Both the position numbers and the translations under genes were made by a program. Shown in pieces: positions 61,096 through 64,000 of a DNA stretch of 64,000 nucleotides. The notes under the pieces were generated by a model. That model was not told the origin of the DNA. It did not search any database and saw nothing but the letters and a program-made list of their open reading frames with translations. Origin of the DNA: Chitinophagales bacterium (lineage in GTDB: Bacteria > Bacteroidota > Bacteroidia > Chitinophagales > JADJOU01); NCBI GenBank assembly GCA_016787225.1, contig JAEUUY010000026.1, positions 172,414-236,413 on the forward strand. The letters are read 5' to 3'. Within the stretch, counting starts at the first letter, position 1. Each line of letters begins with the position of its first letter.

Positions 61096-62373
61096 ATGAA
61101 TGTATTATTATTAGGTTCTGGTGGCAGAGAATGTACACTTGCATGGAAGTTAAAACAATCCGCGTTGTTGTCTCGTTTGTATATAACCCCAGGCAATGGG
61201 GGCACTCTTGAATATGGTAAAAATTTAGGTTTTTCTGCAACGGATTTTCCAGCTATTGAAAAATTTTGTTTAGAAAATAATATCCAACTTATCGTTTGTG
61301 GTCCAGAACAACCGGCGGTTGCTGGCATATGGGATTATTTTCAGAAACCAGAAATTAAACATATAAAAGTCGTAGCTCCTTCACAAAAATCTGCCATGTT
61401 AGAAGGAAGTAAAGCTTTTGCGAAAGAGTTTATGGGAAAAAACAACATTCCCACTGCTGACTATTTGGAAATAACTAAGGAAAATATAGAGCAGGCCTAT
61501 CGATGGTTTGAAGAAAAAAATCCACCTTTCGTAATCAAGGCAGATGGTTTAGCAGAAGGAAAAGGGGTGGTATTACCTGAATCTAAGGAAGAGGCAAAAC
61601 GACTAATTGATGAGTTTATTCTCAACGGTAAATTTGGAGCTTCAAGTGAGCGCGTGGTATTGGAAGAATTTTTGGACGGTATAGAATTTTCTGTTTTCGT
61701 ATATACGAATGGAAGTCAATATATACTTTTACCTAATGCTAAAGACTATAAGCGCCGCTTCGAGGGCAACAAAGGTCTTAATACTGGCGGTATGGGTTGT
61801 ATTTCTCCTGTACCTTTTGTAAATTATGAGCTTTTAGATCAAGTAGAAAAGAAAATTATTAAACCTACCATTGCTGGTCTTCAAAATGACCAAATGCCTT
61901 ATACAGGATTTATTTATTTCGGGCTTATCTTAACCGATAAAGGCCCCAAGGTCATAGAATATAACTGTCGCTTAGGTGATCCAGAAACGGAAGTTATCCT
62001 TCCTAGAGCGAATTGTGATTTACTGGCTTTGTTTGAAGCTGGATTTTCAAACCAATTAGACCAATTCGATGTTCAAATTTCGTCTCATTCTGCTGCTACT
62101 ATTATGCTCGTTTCAGATGGTTATCCCGAAACTTATGAAAAAAGCTTCCCAATTACAGGTATAGAGAATGTGCATCAGGCTCTCGTATTTCATGCTGGAA
62201 CTACGATTAAAGACCATCAGCTCATAACTAATGGTGGCAGGGTCATAGCCGTAACAGGTATGGGAGAAACTTTACAGCAAGCTTTGTCTAAATCCTATGA
62301 TGCCATAGAACGTATACGCTTCAAAGGCATGAAGTATCGAACGGATATTGGCTTTGAGTTTGAACATAGTTGA
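61096..62373 (+). CDS. purD: Phosphoribosylamine--glycine ligase
   Basis: MNVLLLGSGGRECTLAWKL, ATP-grasp motifs; 425 aa. Confidence 0.92.
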   Translation: MNVLLLGSGGRECTLAWKLKQSALLSRLYITPGNGGTLEYGKNLGFSATDFPAIEKFCLENNIQLIVCGPEQPAVAGIWDYFQKPEIKHIKVVAPSQKSAMLEGSKAFAKEFMGKNNIPTADYLEITKENIEQAYRWFEEKNPPFVIKADGLAEGKGVVLPESKEEAKRLIDEFILNGKFGASSERVVLEEFLDGIEFSVFVYTNGSQYILLPNAKDYKRRFEGNKGLNTGGMGCISPVPFVNYELLDQVEKKIIKPTIAGLQNDQMPYTGFIYFGLILTDKGPKVIEYNCRLGDPETEVILPRANCDLLALFEAGFSNQLDQFDVQISSHSAATIMLVSDGYPETYEKSFPITGIENVHQALVFHAGTTIKDHQLITNGGRVIAVTGMGETLQQALSKSYDAIERIRFKGMKYRTDIGFEFEHS

Positions 62374-62470
62374 CAAAAGCTTACTTTTTACATTAAACGA
62401 AATTTAACTACAATTTAAGTAACCTTTTAGAGTTATTAGCATCAAATAACCAAATTATCTTTAAGGCAAA

Positions 62471-63532
62471 TTGAATTACATACACAATTTTCTTATCTAC
62501 TGCGCCGGCAGTAACTTTTCTCTTATTCGTAAATCCCCTTCTGAAATCTCTAAGCACGTCGGAATAGGTGGGGTTATTTTTTTTACTGGGCTACTTGCAG
62601 CCTTGTCGAGCGGATATGCATTTTACACCATTTTTGACTCTAAGGTTTTTGCTACCCTCTTTGGAATTATTTGGGGATTGATGATATTCAACCTTGATAG
62701 ATTTATCGTTACTTCTATGCGAAAAAGCGGGACTGCCTTTCGCCAATTTTTCATGGCACTCCCTAGAATGATACTTGCTGGAGTATTAGGTATAGTAATA
62801 GCCAAGCCATTAGAGTTAAAAATATTTGAGAAGGAAATTGACAAGCAACTCAATGTTATCATCAATCGAAATAAAGCCAAGCTACAGAAAGAAATTAAAT
62901 CACGATACGATGAGCAAGGACAATATTACAGTAAAGAAAGAGACTCTATATTGAGTACTGAAAAAAGACTTAAAACAGAGCTCAACGAGGCATCTCTTGA
63001 TTTAGAAAAGGAGATAGTGGGCACGACTACCGAAACCACTACAGGGAAAAAAGGTTATGGCACCAATGCCAAACGCAAGGAAGAGATAAAGAAGCTAAAG
63101 CAGATAGCTTACGACAATTTTATCAAAGAAAATAAAACCAAACTCGATTCTTTGGATTTAATGATAAAAATTGAAAATCTACAATTCGAACAGGAACTAA
63201 AGAATACCGATCCGCTAGAAGATCGATACAATGGTTTCGCTGCACGATTGCAAGCTCTGCAAGAATTAGGTAAGGAATATAAGATTTTAGGAATTGCTAG
63301 TTTATTCATCTCTTTGCTTTTCATACTTATAGAGATGTCTCCTGTTTTAGTCAAACTCATTATGCCTAAAGGGCCTTATGATCATCTACTTGAACTTCAC
63401 GAATATCAATTCAAATGGAGAAATGATGAGGATACTCAAATAAAGTCCTCAATATCGAATGCCAAAGTGGATATACTCAAAGATGAGATAGCATATCTGA
63501 CTAAGAAAAATAAGGATAGAAAGGGTATATAA
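62471..63532 (+). CDS. DUF4407-family membrane/coiled-coil protein
   Basis: N-terminal TM pair then a long Lys/Glu-rich coiled coil and a C-terminal TM segment, as in Bacteroidetes DUF4407. Confidence 0.55.
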   Translation: MNYIHNFLIYCAGSNFSLIRKSPSEISKHVGIGGVIFFTGLLAALSSGYAFYTIFDSKVFATLFGIIWGLMIFNLDRFIVTSMRKSGTAFRQFFMALPRMILAGVLGIVIAKPLELKIFEKEIDKQLNVIINRNKAKLQKEIKSRYDEQGQYYSKERDSILSTEKRLKTELNEASLDLEKEIVGTTTETTTGKKGYGTNAKRKEEIKKLKQIAYDNFIKENKTKLDSLDLMIKIENLQFEQELKNTDPLEDRYNGFAARLQALQELGKEYKILGIASLFISLLFILIEMSPVLVKLIMPKGPYDHLLELHEYQFKWRNDEDTQIKSSISNAKVDILKDEIAYLTKKNKDRKGI

Positions 63533-63657
63533 TTAATTTACAAAAAACTACAATATGTCCATCAACTGGGATTCACAAAAGCACTACAAAAAAAATCAAC
63601 CAAAGAAACAACCGAAAGGAAAATTGGAGAAAATAGTAGCTTGGTTAAAATCGTTAT

Positions 63658-64000
63658 TTAGCTAAGAATTTCCAGGAGCTGTTTAGCTGCATTTTTAGTA
63701 TCAACTTTATCTATCAAATGAGTTACTTTGCCAACCTCATCGATTACAAATGTAGCCCGACTTGTACCCATATACTCTCTTCCCATAAACTTTTTCATTC
63801 CCCAAACACCAAAAGCCTCTACGAGTTTCTTATCCTCATCAGAAATTAACGGAAAGGGCAATTGATGATTTTCGATAAACTTCAAGTGGGATTTGACACT
63901 ATCCACACTGACACCGTATAACTCATAGCCCAATTTTTTAATAGCACTATAACCATCTCTCAAACTACAAGCCTCAGCTGTGCAGCCGGGCGTATTATCC
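63658..64000 (-). CDS. bcp: Thiol peroxidase / peroxiredoxin Bcp; N-terminus runs off the window end
   Basis: Reverse translation: C...ACSLRDGYSAIKKLGYELYGVSVDSV...ATFVIDEVGKVTHLID. Confidence 0.8.
   Translation of the reverse strand, partial: DNTPGCTAEACSLRDGYSAIKKLGYELYGVSVDSVKSHLKFIENHQLPFPLISDEDKKLVEAFGVWGMKKFMGREYMGTSRATFVIDEVGKVTHLIDKVDTKNAAKQLLEILS

Noticed and set aside
1-64000. CRISPR arrays, rRNA and tRNA genes
   Set aside because: No regularly spaced direct repeats of CRISPR type and no tRNA-like (GGTTCGAATCC/T-loop) or rRNA-like sequence seen in any intergenic gap on visual scan; cannot exclude small ncRNAs.

Overview
Low-GC chromosomal segment from a Bacteroidetes-type organism, read from gene content only; taxonomy was not computed. 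Marker genes are a Rho with a long N-terminal extension, T9SS C-terminal-domain proteins, a CRTAC1/ASPIC protein and DUF3127/DUF4407/DUF3109 families. Recognisable housekeeping genes run through the window: rho, pheS, scpA, pth, metF, nadD, folB, dnaB, hpf, xer, rimM-trmD, queD, rlmD, a dus-family gene, cdsA, purD and bcp. Between them sit several AT-rich blocks of ORFan genes (15.5-19.3 kb, 27.6-30.7 kb, 35.9-37.9 kb). A compositionally distinct flotillin gene lies next to a type II restriction-modification pair (an M.HaeIII-like C5-cytosine methyltransferase plus a putative endonuclease). Two repeat families stood out in hand alignment. (i) A ~45-90 nt element beginning AGATAACTG-N3-GTTT sits at the 3-prime boundary of several ORFan cassette-like genes at two separate loci, flanked by short inverted 7-mers (AGATAAC ... 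GTTATCT). This is the best candidate here for an undescribed cassette or mobile system. (ii) A ~126 nt element occurs twice at ~94% identity. One copy lies inside a ~285 bp segment that interrupts a perfect 16 bp inverted repeat immediately downstream of the cytochrome c peroxidase gene, which looks like a MITE inserted into a terminator hairpin. No rRNA, tRNA or CRISPR array was seen.
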